From Candidatus Omnitrophota bacterium (GTDB lineage Bacteria > Omnitrophota > Gorgyraeia > Zapsychrales > JANLHA01), in the NCBI GenBank assembly GCA_022711395.1, contig JAKLFA010000001.1, positions 451,277 through 515,276 of the forward strand: a DNA stretch of 64,000 nucleotides. The letters run 5' to 3'. Positions 48,236 through 58,735 of this stretch are shown one piece after another. The notes beneath the pieces were generated by a model. That model was not told the DNA's origin. It saw nothing but the letters and a program-made list of their open reading frames with translations, and did no database searches. The position numbers were made by a program, and so were the translations under genes. Within the stretch, counting starts at the first letter, position 1, and the number at the start of each line of letters is the position of its first letter.

Positions 48236-49105
48236 ATGGTCATTAGCCGGTATATCGATAAATTCTTGGATTATCTGGAGATCGAACGCAACTATTCACG
48301 CCATACGTTATTGAACTATAAGATCGACCTTATGGAATTTGTTGCCTTTATCGGCGACAACAGGGAGATCGCAGGCATTCAATACCTTGATTTCCGGAAG
48401 TTCCTCGCAAGCCTGCGGCAGCATAATTACAGGCCGCGTACTTTGGCCAGGAAGCTTTCCTCGCTCCGTAGTTTTTTTAAATTCCTTCACAAAGAGAATT
48501 TGATCCATGAGAACCCCGCTTTGCTGCTTTTGACGCCGAAGCTGGATAAGACCTTGCCCAAATTTTTGAATGAGCCGGACGTGACGTCCCTTTTGGAAAT
48601 ACCCGAGGCTAAGAGCCCCAGGGGCAAACGTGACCGTGCGATCCTGGAGACGCTTTACAGCAGCGGCATGCGCGTTTCGGAGTTGGTGGGGCTTAATGTC
48701 GACAGCGTTGATATGTTCGGTAATATCGCGAAAGTGGAAGGGAAGGGCAAGAAGGAACGTATCGTGCCGATCGGAGATAAGGCGATCGCTGCGATCCGCG
48801 ACTATCTGGATTGCCGTCCTCATGGTGGCCGAGCCCTCTTTTTAAATAAAAACGGAACTCGTTTGACGGACCGCAGTGTGCGCAATATCATAAATAAGCG
48901 TATTTTGGATGCGAGTTTGCAACTGCATGTTTCTCCGCACATGCTGAGGCATTCTTTCGCGACGCACATGCTCAATCATGGCGCTGATCTGCGTTCAGTG
49001 CAGGAACTCCTGGGGCACAGTAATTTGTCGACGACCCAGATCTATACGCATGTGACAACGGAGCGTTTAAAGAAAGTTTATGAACAGGCCCATCCGAGAG
49101 CTTAA
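48236..49105 (+). CDS. xerC: Tyrosine site-specific recombinase XerC/XerD family
   Basis: R..HxxR...Y catalytic residues (LRHSFATHML, LGHSNLSTTQIYTHV). Confidence 0.85.
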   Translation: MVISRYIDKFLDYLEIERNYSRHTLLNYKIDLMEFVAFIGDNREIAGIQYLDFRKFLASLRQHNYRPRTLARKLSSLRSFFKFLHKENLIHENPALLLLTPKLDKTLPKFLNEPDVTSLLEIPEAKSPRGKRDRAILETLYSSGMRVSELVGLNVDSVDMFGNIAKVEGKGKKERIVPIGDKAIAAIRDYLDCRPHGGRALFLNKNGTRLTDRSVRNIINKRILDASLQLHVSPHMLRHSFATHMLNHGADLRSVQELLGHSNLSTTQIYTHVTTERLKKVYEQAHPRA

Positions 49106-49116
49106 AGGAGGTTGTT

Positions 49117-50382
49117 TTGGTTATTGTTTATGACCTGATCTTTGTTGTCTTTTGCATCCTGTATTCTCCTTTTTTGTTCCTTAAGAGGAAATGGCATAAA
49201 GGATTCGGGATGCGTTTTGGGTTTTTGCCCGCTGAACTCAAACGGGCCTTGGCCCAGAAGCCTCATATCTGGGTCCACGCGGTCTCTGTCGGGGAAGTCA
49301 TGGCGGTCATGAACCTGGTCAAAAAATTAAAGCAGAGGGTTCCTCACATCGGGATCGTGGTCTCAACGGTAACCCCGACGGGTTATGCGTTGGCGCGGAC
49401 CCAAATGGATGAACAGGACCTGGTGATCTATGCTCCGCTGGATTTCAGCGCGGCCGTTCACCGTTTTATCCATCATATTCGCCCGGTCCTTTACATCATT
49501 GCGGAGACTGAGATCTGGCCTAATATATTTTGCGCGTTAGCAAAAAAAGGAGTTCCCATCGTGCAGGTCAACGGGCGGATCTCCGATAAAGGGTTCAGGC
49601 GATATTTTGCGGTCCGCTTCCTTTTGCGTCCGGTCTTGAAATGCGTCCGGATGTTCTGCATGCAGTCTCCCTTGGACCGCGAACGGATCCTTGCTCTTGG
49701 TGTTGCTGAGGAAAAAGTCCACGCGGTCGGCAATATGAAACTGGACCAGGCGGATGATCCTGAGCGTTTCGGTTTCGGGAATGTTTTTCGGACCTGGAAA
49801 GGGCCGGTCTGGGTGGCCGGAAGCACTCATCCCGGCGAAGAAGACATTATTATCAAGGTCTATAAGACGCTGAGGATATCATTCTCCAATTTGCGTCTTG
49901 TTTTAGCGCCGCGCCATATCGATCGGGCTGACGCGGTCGGATCACTTTTCAAACAGCATGGATTGTCGGTCCAGCGGCTTTCTAAGCTCCTGGAGGGGGA
50001 AGACCTTCATTCGGATATCGTGTTGGTCGATACCATCGGACATCTTAAGCATCTGTATTGCGTCGCGGATTTTGTTTTTATCGGCAAGAGCCTTTGCGGC
50101 TATGGCGGGCAGAACATGATCGAGCCAGCGGCCTTAGGAAAGCCGGTCGTGGTCGGTCCGAATACCCAGAATTTTAAAGGGATCATGGACATCCTTCTGC
50201 AGAATAAGGCCATTTTGCAAGTGCGTTCGAAAATTGAATTGAGAAACACCATGGATAAGCTTTTACGGGATCCTGCCTTTGCCCGTAAGATCGGCCAGAG
50301 CGCTCAAAACGCTATCCAGGCTCATCAGGGAGCGACTGAGAGAACGCTTGAGAAAATGGCCCCAATCTTGAAAAATCTCTGA
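49117..50382 (+). CDS. waaA: 3-deoxy-D-manno-octulosonic acid (Kdo) transferase
   Basis: TTG start with RBS aaaggagg. HAVSVGEV signature. N-terminal TM. Confidence 0.85.
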   Translation: MVIVYDLIFVVFCILYSPFLFLKRKWHKGFGMRFGFLPAELKRALAQKPHIWVHAVSVGEVMAVMNLVKKLKQRVPHIGIVVSTVTPTGYALARTQMDEQDLVIYAPLDFSAAVHRFIHHIRPVLYIIAETEIWPNIFCALAKKGVPIVQVNGRISDKGFRRYFAVRFLLRPVLKCVRMFCMQSPLDRERILALGVAEEKVHAVGNMKLDQADDPERFGFGNVFRTWKGPVWVAGSTHPGEEDIIIKVYKTLRISFSNLRLVLAPRHIDRADAVGSLFKQHGLSVQRLSKLLEGEDLHSDIVLVDTIGHLKHLYCVADFVFIGKSLCGYGGQNMIEPAALGKPVVVGPNTQNFKGIMDILLQNKAILQVRSKIELRNTMDKLLRDPAFARKIGQSAQNAIQAHQGATERTLEKMAPILKNL

Positions 50383-50455
50383 TTTTGACCTTATTTATTA
50401 ATTATACAAATACTAGAATTAATATAACTTTGCGCTACAATATTATCCTAAAGCT

Positions 50456-51541
50456 ATGCGCAAATCCACGATCCGTGATTATCTCTGGGATGTAATGAAC
50501 GACAGGGCCCCCGGCTTGAAAGGAGGGGTGGTCGGCCTTTTATTAAAAGGGAGTTCTATTTTTTATAAGCTCGCGGTTATATTGATACGCTGGCTTTATC
50601 AAAGGAGCGTGTTGCCTTCGTATAAGTTGGGCAGGCCTGTGATCTGCATCGGTAACATTACGGTCGGGGGGACTGGAAAGACGCCGGTTGTTCAATGGGT
50701 TGTCTCTGTTTTAAAAGCGGATGGCCTTAATCCGGTCATTTTGACCCGTGGGTATATGGCCCGGTCTCAAAGCGCGGCCGGTTCTGTGTTAAGCGATGAA
50801 GCGGTGCTTCTTTCGGAATCGTTAGGTGTTCCTGTGATCGTTGATAAGGATCGGCGTCGGGGAGCGGCTAAGGCGATACGGGAATTTGAGGTCGATGTTT
50901 TTGTGATGGACGACGGATTTCAGCATTGGCGTGTAAAGCGCGATCTAGATATTGTCGTGATCAATTCGGCTAATCCATTTGGAAACGGAGAAGTGCTTCC
51001 AAGAGGGGTTTTGCGGGAACCTTTATCGGCGTTGGGGCGGGCCGGTTATTTCATCCTGAACAAAGCGGATGTGGCAGAGGACCGCGGTAAAAAAGCAAAA
51101 GAATTTTTAAAGGAAAAGTTTTTTCACATACCGTTGGTTGTCGCAGGTTATTCCATTTTTGAATATCAAGATCTTCAAGGCCGGCATTTGCAACTTTCAG
51201 AAGAACAGCTCAGGCAGCCGGCGTTTGTGGTTTGCAGCATTGGCGACCCTGAAAGTTTCAGGCGTAAGCTTTTGGACCAGCGCATTCAGGTGGCGGGCTT
51301 TCATGATTATCCCGATCATTGTGTGTTTTCCGATCAGGATGTTGACGATATCTGTACAGAGGTGAAAAAGTCGGGAGTGAGAAGGTTGTTTATGACGCAT
51401 AAGGATGCGGTCAAGCTCCGGGTATTTCATCGGCAATTTCAGGAAAAACAAATTGAGTGCTGTGTTGTTTTTATTCGTGTAGGGATCGAAGATGGCAAAG
51501 AAGAACTTATTTCCAGAATCCGCCATGCTTGCTCTGCTTGA
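50456..51541 (+). CDS. lpxK: Tetraacyldisaccharide 4'-kinase
   Basis: ICIGNITVGGTGKTPVV P-loop. Confidence 0.85.
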   Translation: MRKSTIRDYLWDVMNDRAPGLKGGVVGLLLKGSSIFYKLAVILIRWLYQRSVLPSYKLGRPVICIGNITVGGTGKTPVVQWVVSVLKADGLNPVILTRGYMARSQSAAGSVLSDEAVLLSESLGVPVIVDKDRRRGAAKAIREFEVDVFVMDDGFQHWRVKRDLDIVVINSANPFGNGEVLPRGVLREPLSALGRAGYFILNKADVAEDRGKKAKEFLKEKFFHIPLVVAGYSIFEYQDLQGRHLQLSEEQLRQPAFVVCSIGDPESFRRKLLDQRIQVAGFHDYPDHCVFSDQDVDDICTEVKKSGVRRLFMTHKDAVKLRVFHRQFQEKQIECCVVFIRVGIEDGKEELISRIRHACSA

Positions 51542-53492
51542 ACTGGCAGGGCGGATCGTTCGGTTTTTTCCCGATCGGATGGCTTTGTCTTTTGGGGCTA
51601 TGATGGGCATGATCTGTTATCTGGTCGATGGGTGTCATCGCTTGGAAGTTTATCAGAATTTAAAAATTGCCTTCGGGATGAAAGCTTCAAGTGCCCAGAT
51701 CCATCGGTGGACGCGGTTGTTTTTCACGAATTTTGGGCGGAATATTGTTGAATTTCTGCGCATGCCGAATATGGTCCCCGAAGATGTGAAGCGGGCGGTC
51801 AATGTGGTCAATGGAGAGGTCTTGGACCAGGCTCTTGCCAAGGGAAGGGGCCTGATCCTGATGACCGTTCATTCCGGAAGTTGGGAGCTGTCGAGCTTGG
51901 CGATCCGGCTTTTGGGATATCCATATACAGTGATCTATAAGGAGCAGGAACGGATGCCGGCATTCAGTGCGCTGATCTATCAATATAGGCAAAAGGCTTA
52001 CGCGTCCTGTGGAGGTATTAGCATGTTCGAACGCGGGGCGGGGGCTCGTCAGCTCGTTGCTGCGCTCAAGAGAAATGAGATCATCGGAATGGTCATTGAT
52101 CAAGGCGGAAAAGAGGGAATGGATGTTCCTTTTTTTGGAAAAAAGGCCCGGTTCTCGGCCGGGGGCGTGAGGCTGGCGTTATCGACTGGGGCGCCGATCT
52201 GTTTTGGAGTTATCCGCCGGCTGAACGAAGGAAAGCATCAAGTGGTCATTGAGCCCAGGATCATCGAGTGCCCAAAAACTGGGAGCAAGCAGCGGGATAT
52301 TGAAGCTGGGCTTGCGACCATCGCTTCGGAATTTGAAAGGATCGTATCGCAGAAGCCGCATGAATATATGTGGATGTACAAGGTCTGGAAATTTGATGAT
52401 CACAGGCGCACGATGATCCTTCACGACGGAAGGATAGGACATCTTCGTCAGTCGCAGAGTGTGGCAAGGGCGTTTGAAAGGGAGCTTCATAGCCGGGGCC
52501 TGAAAAGCAGTGTCCAGGAAGTCTCTGTTGGTTACCGGAGCATGTTCTGGAAATATGTTTTGCTGGCAGCGGCATTTTGTGCGCATTGTCTTTCCCGGCG
52601 CATGATTAATCGAATTTTGCATCGGGGGCTTAGCGCGGAGGCTTTAGCGGGTGTGTTGTCGGAAAAACCGGATTGTGTGGTCTCATGCGGATCGTATTCC
52701 GCCGCGGTGAACGTGCTTTTGGCAAAAGAGCATCAATGCGTGAATATCGGGATCTTAAAGCAGAGCGTATTGCCGGCGAATCGGTTCTCCGTTGTGATCT
52801 TGCCTCAGCACGATCATCCTAGGGACGTGCGGCCGAATGAGCGGGTGATTGTGACCAAAGGGGCTCCTAATCTGATCGACAAGGAATATCTTTCGGTCCA
52901 GGTCGAAGGATTGTTGAAGAGATTTTCTCATTTGAAGTTGCGGAATAAATTGAAGATCGGGGTCCTGATCGGGGGTGACACGAGGGACTATGAATTGAGC
53001 GAACAATTGATGCGGATCGTCCTCGCGCAGATCAAAGACGCGGCGCAGGCTTTGGATGCAGATATTCTTTTGACAACATCGCGGCGCACATCCGCCAAGG
53101 TCGAACAGATCCTGATGCGCGAGCTGAAGAAGGACGCGCGATGCCAGCTGTTGATCATCGCCAATCGTGAAAATGTCGCTGAGGCGGTCGGTGGGATCTT
53201 GGGACTCTCGGATATTCTGGTCGTTTCAGGGGACAGCATTTCCATGGTTTCTGAGGCCGCTTCATCTGGAAAACGGCTGGTCGTTTTTCCGGTTCAGAGA
53301 CGATCGGTGGTGATTCGGGACGAGCATAAACATAATAAGTTCATGGACCTGTTGACGCAGGACGGATTCATCCTTTCTTCCGGGCCCCGGACGATCGGAA
53401 AATCCATTTATGATCTGGCGAAGAACAAGATCCATTTGCAGACCCTGGATGACAGTGAATTGATCCGGCAGGGGATCAAACGCTTTATTTAA
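51492..53492 (+). CDS. lpxL: Lipid A late acyltransferase (LpxL/HtrB family) fused to a C-terminal ELM1/DUF1022-like domain
   Basis: N-terminal half shows the HtrB-like acyltransferase pattern (VHSGSWE is the HX4D-region equivalent). C-terminal half carries ILHDGRIGHLRQSQSVARAFE, resembling the ELM1-family N-terminal motif. 50-nt overlap with lpxK. Confidence 0.65.
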   Translation: MAKKNLFPESAMLALLELAGRIVRFFPDRMALSFGAMMGMICYLVDGCHRLEVYQNLKIAFGMKASSAQIHRWTRLFFTNFGRNIVEFLRMPNMVPEDVKRAVNVVNGEVLDQALAKGRGLILMTVHSGSWELSSLAIRLLGYPYTVIYKEQERMPAFSALIYQYRQKAYASCGGISMFERGAGARQLVAALKRNEIIGMVIDQGGKEGMDVPFFGKKARFSAGGVRLALSTGAPICFGVIRRLNEGKHQVVIEPRIIECPKTGSKQRDIEAGLATIASEFERIVSQKPHEYMWMYKVWKFDDHRRTMILHDGRIGHLRQSQSVARAFERELHSRGLKSSVQEVSVGYRSMFWKYVLLAAAFCAHCLSRRMINRILHRGLSAEALAGVLSEKPDCVVSCGSYSAAVNVLLAKEHQCVNIGILKQSVLPANRFSVVILPQHDHPRDVRPNERVIVTKGAPNLIDKEYLSVQVEGLLKRFSHLKLRNKLKIGVLIGGDTRDYELSEQLMRIVLAQIKDAAQALDADILLTTSRRTSAKVEQILMRELKKDARCQLLIIANRENVAEAVGGILGLSDILVVSGDSISMVSEAASSGKRLVVFPVQRRSVVIRDEHKHNKFMDLLTQDGFILSSGPRTIGKSIYDLAKNKIHLQTLDDSELIRQGIKRFI

Positions 53493-53508
53493 ATGTGGAG
53501 CAAGACGC

Positions 53509-55623
53509 ATGCGTATTTTACAAATATTGCCAGAATTGAACGTGGGCGGCGTTGAGACCGGAACGGTTGATTTCGCGAAGTATCTGAAAGACCACGGGCA
53601 CGGCTCGATCGTTGTTTCAAACGGCGGAGGGCTGGTCAAAGAACTTTTGGATTATGATATTCGACATTATGAGCTCCCCGTTCATAAGAAGAACATCTTT
53701 ACAGCATGGAAGTGTATTGAAAAATTACGGGATATCATTTTGACCGAAAAGATCGAGATCGTGCATGCCCGTTCCCGGGTCCCGGCGTGGATCTCGTATT
53801 TTGCATGCCGCAGAACGCCTGCTCAATTGATCACCACGTGCCACGGGCATTATTCGGTGAGCTTTTATTCCAAGGTCATGGCCTTTCCGAAACTGATCAT
53901 TGTTCCCAGCAAGGTGATCGGTCGGCATATGATCGAGCGGTTCCATGTTTCGCCGGAAAGTGTTCGGCATATCCCGCGCAGCGTGGATCTGGAGCGCTTT
54001 CAAGTGCACCGGCAGGATCGCTCTGGCAGCGCTCATTTTGTGGTAACGATCGTCGGGCGTCTTTCACCGATCAAAGGGCATGTGTATTTTTTGAAGGCCA
54101 TGTCAAAAGTTGTCCGGTCCATGCCGTATTTAAAGATCCGCATCGTTGGGGACGCGTCTCCCGGTAAGGAAAGCTATAAACAGGAACTTGTGGTCTTGAC
54201 CCGCCATTTGGGGCTTTCAGAGCACGTGGAATTTTTAGGCAATCGGCGGGATGTCCCGCAGATCCTGGCGGACAGTGATGTGCTTGTTTTGGCTTCTGTG
54301 GTCCCGGAGGCGTTCGGCCGTGTTGTTCTCGAGGCTCAGGCGACCGGGGTTCCGGTCGTGGCGACCAAGGTGGGAGGGGTTGTTGAGATCATTGATGATG
54401 AAAAGACGGGGCTTTTGGTCCTTCCGCGGGATACGGATGGCATGGCTCAAGCGGTCCTGCGTCTGTTGAACGACCGCAAATTGGCGCGGGAGATCTCGTT
54501 CGCGGCCAGAAAAAAGATCGAGGATTGCTATACGCTGGAGCATATGGCCAGCCAGACCGTTGCGGTGTATGAAGAGCTTTTAGCCCATCAGAACATTCTG
54601 GTGATCAAATTGAGCGCGATCGGTGACGTTGTTCTAATCACGGCGTCTTTGAAGGCTTTAAGGAAAAAATTTCCGCAGGCCAGGATCTGCTGCCTTGTCG
54701 GTGATGACAGTAAGGCGATCTTGCAGAAGTGCCCTTATATCGATGAGCTGATTGTGATGGACGTAAAAGAGCGGGACAAGGATTTTTGGGCGTTCTTGAA
54801 GTTCTCGAGAAAATTGACCCGATACCGTTTTGACAAGGTGGTCGATTTTCAAAACAATCGTCGGAGCCATCTTCTTGCTTTTTTGTGCTTTGCTCGAAAT
54901 GTTTACGGTTTTCGCAATAAAAAGTTCGGATTTTTTGTGAGCGATCCGGCCGATGGGCTGAATGCGGACCTTCCGCCCGTGGAACATCAGTTCCAGATCC
55001 TTAAACTTTTGGGGATCGCCTATGATCCCAATCTTCTGCTCGAACTGCATATTTCTGACCCTGCCAGAAAAAAAGCGCAGGCCCTGTTGGATTCGGAATG
55101 GATCAATGATTCCATGCCGCTGGTCGGGATCAATATTGCCGCGTCAGATAAATGGAAAAGCAAGAACTGGCCGGTGGAGCACATTGCCAAGCTCTGTGAT
55201 CTTTTGGCCGTGCGCAATATCCGAGTGGTCATCACCGGCACAGATAAGGATCGGCCTTTGGTGACGGAACTTTTGAAATTGACTCGCAGTAAGCCCGCGA
55301 TCCTGGTCGGAAAAACGAGCCTGATGGAGCTGGCTTCTGTGATCAAACGCTGCCAGGTCTACGTGAGCCCGGATTCCTGTCCGTTGCATTTGGCGGCTTC
55401 TGTCCGGACGCCGTTCGTGGCGTTGTTCGGCCCGACCTCATCCCGCAGACATCTTCCGCCTAGCCGGCGCTATATCGTCTTAGAGCGCTCACTTTCCTGC
55501 GCGCCCTGCTACAGCGGGACATGCAAGATCTTTACACATGTGTGCATGAAGGATATTTCCGCTGAGGAAGTACTTGCTGCGGTCGACCGGCTGATGGAGC
55601 CGGCATCAGGAGGCGGCACATGA
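53509..55623 (+). CDS. Fusion glycosyltransferase: N-terminal GT4 (retaining GT-B) plus C-terminal GT9 (heptosyltransferase-like)
   Basis: N-terminal MRILQILPELNVGGVETGTVDFAKYL with an E-x7-E-like region. C-terminal ILVIKLSAIGDVVLITASLKALRKKFP GT9 signature. Confidence 0.75.
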   Translation: MRILQILPELNVGGVETGTVDFAKYLKDHGHGSIVVSNGGGLVKELLDYDIRHYELPVHKKNIFTAWKCIEKLRDIILTEKIEIVHARSRVPAWISYFACRRTPAQLITTCHGHYSVSFYSKVMAFPKLIIVPSKVIGRHMIERFHVSPESVRHIPRSVDLERFQVHRQDRSGSAHFVVTIVGRLSPIKGHVYFLKAMSKVVRSMPYLKIRIVGDASPGKESYKQELVVLTRHLGLSEHVEFLGNRRDVPQILADSDVLVLASVVPEAFGRVVLEAQATGVPVVATKVGGVVEIIDDEKTGLLVLPRDTDGMAQAVLRLLNDRKLAREISFAARKKIEDCYTLEHMASQTVAVYEELLAHQNILVIKLSAIGDVVLITASLKALRKKFPQARICCLVGDDSKAILQKCPYIDELIVMDVKERDKDFWAFLKFSRKLTRYRFDKVVDFQNNRRSHLLAFLCFARNVYGFRNKKFGFFVSDPADGLNADLPPVEHQFQILKLLGIAYDPNLLLELHISDPARKKAQALLDSEWINDSMPLVGINIAASDKWKSKNWPVEHIAKLCDLLAVRNIRVVITGTDKDRPLVTELLKLTRSKPAILVGKTSLMELASVIKRCQVYVSPDSCPLHLAASVRTPFVALFGPTSSRRHLPPSRRYIVLERSLSCAPCYSGTCKIFTHVCMKDISAEEVLAAVDRLMEPASGGGT

Positions 55624-56723
55624 ATGTCTTGATGCTTACAACCCATTTTAACGTCGGAGGGATCACGTCTTATATTTTGACGTTATCGAGGTATTTGATG
55701 CGGTTAGGCTGCAGTGTGACCGTTGTCTCTTCAGGCGGTCAGATGGTCGATTCTCTGAAGGAAATGGGCATTGAGCATATCACACTGGACGTCCGAACAA
55801 AATCCGATGTGTCTCCGAAGCTATTGTTCGCGCTGCCCAAAATCCGGAAGATCTTGAAGGAAAAGCAGATTGATGTGATCCACGCCCATACTCGGGTGGC
55901 CCAGGTGATGGCCGCAATGCTGCGTGTGGTTTGGCCGGGTGTTTATGTTTCGACATGCCATGGATTTTATCGTCGGGGGGTTGGCCGGCGTCTTTTTCCT
56001 TCCTGGGGATACGCAGCTATCGCGATCAGCCCTATGGTCCGGCAACATTTGATCAATGATCACCGCCTTTCGGAAGAGCGGGCTCTTTTGGTCCGAAACG
56101 GCGTGGATATTGAGCAGTTTGTTCCGGTCTCGGCCCATGAAAAAGGCGCATACCGCCGCCAACTGAATTTTCCTGACGGGCCGCTGATCGGTATGGTCGG
56201 ACGGTTTTGTCATGTGAAGGGTCAGCATGTCGCCGTTGAAGCGATGGCTTCAATTATAGAAAAGATCCCGGATGCAAAGCTGATCCTTGTCGGGACCGGA
56301 CGTTCAGAAGAAGAGATCCGCAAGCAGGTGAAGGATATGGGGCTGTCCGGCTCGGTATTTTTTTTGGATGTGGCCGTTCAATCGGGTAAAGTTTATCCGT
56401 GTTTTGATTGTTTTGTCATGCCGTCGTTACAAGAGGGATTGGGTTTGGCGCTGATGGAAGCGCAGGCGTGCGGCCTTGCGGTTGTGGCCTCTAGAGCGGG
56501 CGGGTTAACAGGTCTTATTATCGACGGGCAGACAGGGCTTTTTGTGGAACCAGGCAATGCTAAACAGTTGGCAGAGGCGGTGCTCCGGATCCTGAGCGGT
56601 CAGGAATTCGCCCGCGCATTGGGGATCCGGGCGCGGGAATTCATTGAGCGTGAAGGTTCCGCCCGGATCATGGCCGAAAAGATCCTGGGTGTTTATAAAA
56701 TGTTCATGAAGGAAAATCGATGA
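55620..56723 (+). CDS. GT4-family glycosyltransferase
   Basis: MNVLMLTTHFNVGGITSYILTL. C-terminal EGLGLALMEAQACGLAVVAS motif. Confidence 0.8.
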   Translation: MNVLMLTTHFNVGGITSYILTLSRYLMRLGCSVTVVSSGGQMVDSLKEMGIEHITLDVRTKSDVSPKLLFALPKIRKILKEKQIDVIHAHTRVAQVMAAMLRVVWPGVYVSTCHGFYRRGVGRRLFPSWGYAAIAISPMVRQHLINDHRLSEERALLVRNGVDIEQFVPVSAHEKGAYRRQLNFPDGPLIGMVGRFCHVKGQHVAVEAMASIIEKIPDAKLILVGTGRSEEEIRKQVKDMGLSGSVFFLDVAVQSGKVYPCFDCFVMPSLQEGLGLALMEAQACGLAVVASRAGGLTGLIIDGQTGLFVEPGNAKQLAEAVLRILSGQEFARALGIRAREFIEREGSARIMAEKILGVYKMFMKENR

Positions 56724-57754
56724 AACGTATTCTCGTGGTGAATCCAAACTGGCTTGGGGATGTTGTCATGACAACGCCGGTCTTCAGGGCGCTCAAGAAA
56801 AAATTTCCTGAGGCGCACATTGCCTGTCTGGCTGTGCCTCGGGTTCGTGGTATTTTGGAAAGCTGTCCCGACGTTGATGAGATCATTGATTATGATGAAA
56901 ACGGGCGCCATAAGGGGATCCTCGGACATTGGTCCCTGATCCGGGAATTACGCCGCAGAGCGTTTGACACGGCGTTTCTGCTGCACCGTTCCAGAACACG
57001 GGCCTTCTTGGTTTTTCTCTCCGGAATACCAAGCCGTATCGGATATGACACAAAAAAACTTGGCATCTTGCTTACTGAAAAAGTCTCTCCTTTGCAAGGC
57101 CCTGTTGTTCACAAGGCCGATTACTATTTTCATGTGCTTGAAGCCGTAGGGATCGAGGAGGACCGCCGTGTTACTGTGTTGAAACATGAGCTTCGTGCGC
57201 TTGAGGCGATCGAGAGGCGGTTATCGGCTTTCGGCATCCGGAAAAGCGACAAACTGGTGGTCTTTCATGTCGGGGCGAATTGGGAATTCAAGAAATGGCC
57301 AGCAGAGCGTTTTGTGGAACTGGCGCGGTTGATCCGGGGTGTGGATGGTGTCCATGTTCTTGTTTCCGGAGGAGGAAAGGACCGCGGGGCGGCTGATCTT
57401 ATCCAGCGTGAAGTTCCCGGCCTGCATTCTCTGGCAGGTGAGATGACTTTAAAAGAGCTTATCGCGTTGCTTTATCGTGCGGATGTGCTTGTTTCCGCGG
57501 ACTCTGGTCCGATGCATATCGCTTCCAGCGTCGGAACGAATGTGGTGGCCCTTTTTGGTCCGACAAGACCTGAGGATTCCGGACCAAGGGGTTGGGGAGA
57601 AAACGTGATCCTGCGTGAGAATGTGGATTGCTGTCAGGGGGAGTGTTACGCGGTGGATTGTCCGGACCATCGATGCATGATGGCCATTACGGCAGCCAGG
57701 GTTCTTGACGCGGTTAACGGGCTTCTTGAGCGATCAAAGAAAGGGCAGGCATGA
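56720..57754 (+). CDS. GT9 ADP-heptose:LPS heptosyltransferase (WaaC/WaaF-like)
   Basis: RILVVNPNWLGDVVMTTPVFRALKKKFP. Confidence 0.8.
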   Translation: MKRILVVNPNWLGDVVMTTPVFRALKKKFPEAHIACLAVPRVRGILESCPDVDEIIDYDENGRHKGILGHWSLIRELRRRAFDTAFLLHRSRTRAFLVFLSGIPSRIGYDTKKLGILLTEKVSPLQGPVVHKADYYFHVLEAVGIEEDRRVTVLKHELRALEAIERRLSAFGIRKSDKLVVFHVGANWEFKKWPAERFVELARLIRGVDGVHVLVSGGGKDRGAADLIQREVPGLHSLAGEMTLKELIALLYRADVLVSADSGPMHIASSVGTNVVALFGPTRPEDSGPRGWGENVILRENVDCCQGECYAVDCPDHRCMMAITAARVLDAVNGLLERSKKGQA

Positions 57755-58734
57755 TCGAGAAAGACAAAGTCAACCGCATCCTGGTGATCTCGTTGAATAA
57801 TCTGGGTGATGTGATCCTGACTTTTCCTGTCATCGATATTTTGCGGCGTGATTTTCCGGCGGCTGATCTTTCCGTTGTACTTGGGCAAAAAAGCCGGGGA
57901 TTGTTGATCAATAATTCGAATATCAAGCATCTGTTCGTTCTGCCTCAACGGGATCTCTGGCGTCAGCGGCTGCGCTGGCTGATGGAATTGCGCAAAGAAA
58001 GGTTTGATCTTATTGTGGATCTGCGACACACATTGATCCCGCTTTTTTTAATGCCCCGTTACAGGACGCCGCTGATCCGTTTAGGAAAGTCTTCCAAGCA
58101 TGTGCGGTTCCGGTATTTTGATATTTTAAACACGATCCATCCCTGTGGGGAAGTTGCTGAACGGTTTTGTTTTCAGCCCACGGAACATGAGCAGGAAGAG
58201 ACCCAGAATCTTTTAAGTGAACGGCTGAACCCCGGGGAACGGTTCATTGTTTTTGCTCCCGGGTCCGCCAATCACCGCAAGCGCTGGGCGGAGGAGGGAT
58301 TTGCCGCTGTTGCCGACTGGCTTACGCAGGAATATGGTTTTCGGATCATTTTTACCGGAACACAGGATGAAAGCCTGATCATTGAACGGATCCAGTCCAA
58401 GATGAAAATGACGGCCCTGAATCTGTCTGGGCTACTGAGCTTTCATCAATTCGGGATCGTCCTTCAGCAAAGCGTTTGCGTGTTGCTCAACGACAGCGCG
58501 CCGTTGCATTTGGCCAGCTATTTGAATGTCCCGACCCTGGCCCTCTTTGGACCGTCCAATCCGTTGATCTACGGGCCGTGGTCGGACGCCAGTTCATGGC
58601 TTTGGCAACAGGATGGATGCGAAGGCTGCCGGCTGGATGATCCCGATTATGAACATACCTGCATGCGGGCGATCACGGTTGACCAGGTCAAGGAAAAGCT
58701 CAGCGGGATCTTAACGTCAATAGGTGCGATCTGA
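57751..58734 (+). CDS. GT9 heptosyltransferase-family glycosyltransferase
   Basis: RILVISLNNLGDVILTFPVIDILRRDFP. Confidence 0.75.
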   Translation: MIEKDKVNRILVISLNNLGDVILTFPVIDILRRDFPAADLSVVLGQKSRGLLINNSNIKHLFVLPQRDLWRQRLRWLMELRKERFDLIVDLRHTLIPLFLMPRYRTPLIRLGKSSKHVRFRYFDILNTIHPCGEVAERFCFQPTEHEQEETQNLLSERLNPGERFIVFAPGSANHRKRWAEEGFAAVADWLTQEYGFRIIFTGTQDESLIIERIQSKMKMTALNLSGLLSFHQFGIVLQQSVCVLLNDSAPLHLASYLNVPTLALFGPSNPLIYGPWSDASSWLWQQDGCEGCRLDDPDYEHTCMRAITVDQVKEKLSGILTSIGAI

Positions 58735-58735
58735 A

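Noticed and set aside
48236-49105. Tyrosine recombinase as a marker of an integrated mobile element
   Set aside because: Flanked by topA, dprA and LPS genes with no phage or transposon cargo, no tRNA attachment site and no direct repeats. It fits the chromosomal XerC/XerD dimer-resolution family.
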